A DNA stretch of 64,000 bases. Source: Octopus vulgaris (lineage: Eukaryota). The position numbers were made by a program, and so were the translations under genes. Below the pieces are notes generated by a model, which saw only the letters and a list, made by a program, of their open reading frames with translations, had not been told where the DNA came from and did not search any database. Position 1 is the first letter of the stretch, and every line of letters begins with the position of its first letter. The stretch is taken from contig OX597815.1 of NCBI GenBank assembly GCA_951406725.2, forward strand, positions 144,832,001 through 144,896,000. Direction: 5' to 3'. Below, piece after piece: positions 61,568-64,000 of this stretch.

Positions 61568-61908
61568 TGCTTACATAAAGAATCTTGCAAACCAAATCCC
61601 AAAACGAAATTATCTATCTATATATCTATCTATCCAGCGATTGATCAAAGCAGTTGTTAAAGGAGCTATCAGACAGCATAAAAGAATGGAATGAAGTTAG
61701 TTACGTTTTGTTATCTGGAAGAAGAGAGAAAAATTAGAGAAAGAAGAGAGAGTAAAACAAAGAATAAAAATTAGGAGATAGAAAGATAAAGGGAGAGAGA
61801 GAGAGAGATTAAACAACAGAGCAAGCAGTAAATCTCTCCACCACAATGTGTAGAATACACTTTATTCATCAAATTCATGTATACACATATTGCCATTGAT
61901 GTACACTT

Positions 61909-61940
<32 letters not shown>

Positions 61941-63549
61941 CGAGAAATCTATACAGTATGTATGCGTGTGTATTTATTTTGTATCCTTAACTGAGAAACA
62001 TGTAGAGTAGAATTATTGGATTGTTTAATGTAGTCCAGTAATGCCTAGCAACGCACATAACATACGTAATCAAGTAAAAGAAATTGTTGTCCACCACCAC
62101 CGCCGCCGCCGCATATATTAGATAAAAACGAAATACCGACCATTCTAAACCCCCCCCCCATCACAAAAAAAAAAAACTGAGACAGAACCATCTACTCCAC
62201 ATCATATACAATCTAAGCTCTTCCAAGCCAAAACCTAACCCTTCCCCTCAACATCTAGTTATCAATTCTTTGTAAGTCTGAAGATTCCTGGCTGGAGAAG
62301 AAACTGCTATTCCTGCCATAAATTACATCTTAATACCATTATGTTTATGTTTGTGTTAACTATTGTGTGATTTGGTCATGCCGAAAATTTATAAATGTCT
62401 AAACACCTAATATAGAATTAAGGTTTTCGAGTAAATAATTGCTAGTTAAACAGTACTATTGTTATCAATAAGATCTATCATATATTTATTGCAAGTACAA
62501 ACATGAGAAAGTTTGTATTATTATTATTTAATTTTATTTTAATCTAATACAATATTTTAGTATTCATTATTCCATTATCATGAAATTTCAAAACTGAAAT
62601 AAAAATAAATTTATAATTACTGTACCGATGATATAAAAATGAACCAATTTTATACAACAATAACAAATGTAATTTTTGCAACATTGTCATAAGAACTTTC
62701 ATTTGGTTTCGAACAAAAATGGAGAGAACTAGACTATGTTATGTTGAGTAATTACAACAGTTTAATTACAACAGAGTAATTTAAAGTTAAGGTACTGTAG
62801 TCGCCTGATTACTTTCTATTGTGATCGTGTAACTACTTGAGAATTACAGTTGTAATTATAAATACTAGTCGATCTTTTGGAGATAGTCTCACATAAATTT
62901 TTTTTGTTTCCTTAATTATTTTTTTTTACAATTGAACAGTGAAAAACACGGTCTCTCTCTCTCTCTCTATCACACATACATACGTACAAACTGAAAAAAA
63001 AAAAGAAATTAAAAATTAAAGAAATATAATTTTTGACGGAAATTGCCGAACAAATAAGTTTCAGTTTTGAGAAACCATCACCGAAGGATTTATGCACATT
63101 TATAATTACAATAAATTAAATTTGTTTAGAGCCGAATATTTTCTAACCCTCACACTTTAATCATGTTTTACATACAAAGTACTCTCTCTTTTTTTTTTCT
63201 CTCCTTTCCTTGTTTGTATATAATAATCTTTAGAAATCAATTTATTTAACTTAACAGCAGACTCCCAAATTTCAAACCAGTTCAATAAATACCATTTACG
63301 AAATTCTCGTCCCTTGAGTCACTGTATAACTCCTGCTGATTAAATATTCAAATATGTTTTGAATTTTATTTAATCTTGTTTTGACCTAACACACAAAATA
63401 ACATCGTCTTTATTTAACCATAAGGCCTGATCGTGCAGCAAGGCAACATTTAATTAAGATCAAAGGTGCAGTTCTGCTATAACTACCAGCATTGTTTGGT
63501 TATTTAGGACACAGTCGTATCTAAGACTTCAATATTCAATGTCGGAGAA

Positions 63550-63642
63550 GGTAAAGAATACGTACACCCGGTGGTTAGGGGTAAGGGTCAGGATTTTTTT
63601 TTTTTGTTACGCTGAAATCCGTTGGTGTACGTATTCTTTACC
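63550..63642. mobile_element. Short MITE-like element with telomere-like interior
   Basis: perfect 19-bp IR ggtaaagaatacgtacacc (63550-63568 / 63624-63642) around ggttaggggtaagggtcagg. Confidence 0.7.
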
Positions 63643-64000
63643 CCCGCTTTCAATGTCATTACCACTATCAGAACCAGACGCCCTTCCTACTTTTAAGCAC
63701 AATTAACAGTCTACAGGAAAGAGGGGGTGGCGGGGGAACATTCTTTTTATATTTACTTGTTTCAATCATTAGACTGCGCCCATGCTGGAGCACCGCTTTG
63801 TAGAATTTTATAGTCAAAGTTTTTTAAAGCCTGGTTATAAAATACACCGATAGAATTTATCGGTCTACTTTGTCGAACCGCTAATTTAAGGGGGGGGACA
63901 CGTTAATATACAACACCAGTTAAGCGGTGGCGGGGGACAAACGCAGACACACACACACAAATCCAACGGGCTTCTTTCAGTTTCCATCTACCTGATCCAC

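Noticed and set aside
62255-62320. Short minus-strand coding-like segment (MAGIAVSSPARNLQ... or NSSFFSSQESSDLQRIDN*)
   Set aside because: No convincing splice sites or recognisable homology
63300-63335. Upstream exon QELYSDSRDENF for the TMEM141-like gene (minus strand)
   Set aside because: Phase fits, but the acceptor has no pyrimidine tract, there is an in-frame stop just upstream with no ATG, and the donor is weak

Overview
Repeat-rich, AT-rich eukaryotic genomic DNA. The SINE families and (TA)n/(CA)n/(CAT)n microsatellite density point to an octopod cephalopod (inferred). Nearly all ORFs in the supplied track are repeat or microsatellite noise. Two spliced genes converge. (1) On +, nine GT-AG exons (1637-21595) join in phase into the C-terminal 543 aa of a calcium-responsive transcription factor (CARF/ALS2CR8) orthologue whose 5' exons lie upstream of the window. 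(2) On -, at least four exons (55455 to 42863) encode a small two-TM protein resembling TMEM141. The rest is tRNA-derived SINEs, CR1-, RTE- and R4-type LINE relics, Tc1/mariner, hAT, piggyBac, Transib-like and Helitron elements. Most notable: two Penelope-type inverted duplications carrying type I hammerhead ribozyme cores (35050-35460, 37867-38159); a third, permuted hammerhead-like motif (18660-18716); a CpG-retaining structured intronic island whose helix places a putative branch-point A in an A.C mismatch (49985-50130); a SINE-internal 66-bp hairpin/pseudoknot unit that expands in tandem; and foldback elements with telomeric TTAGGG at the loop. All homology calls are from memory of the families, not from searches.
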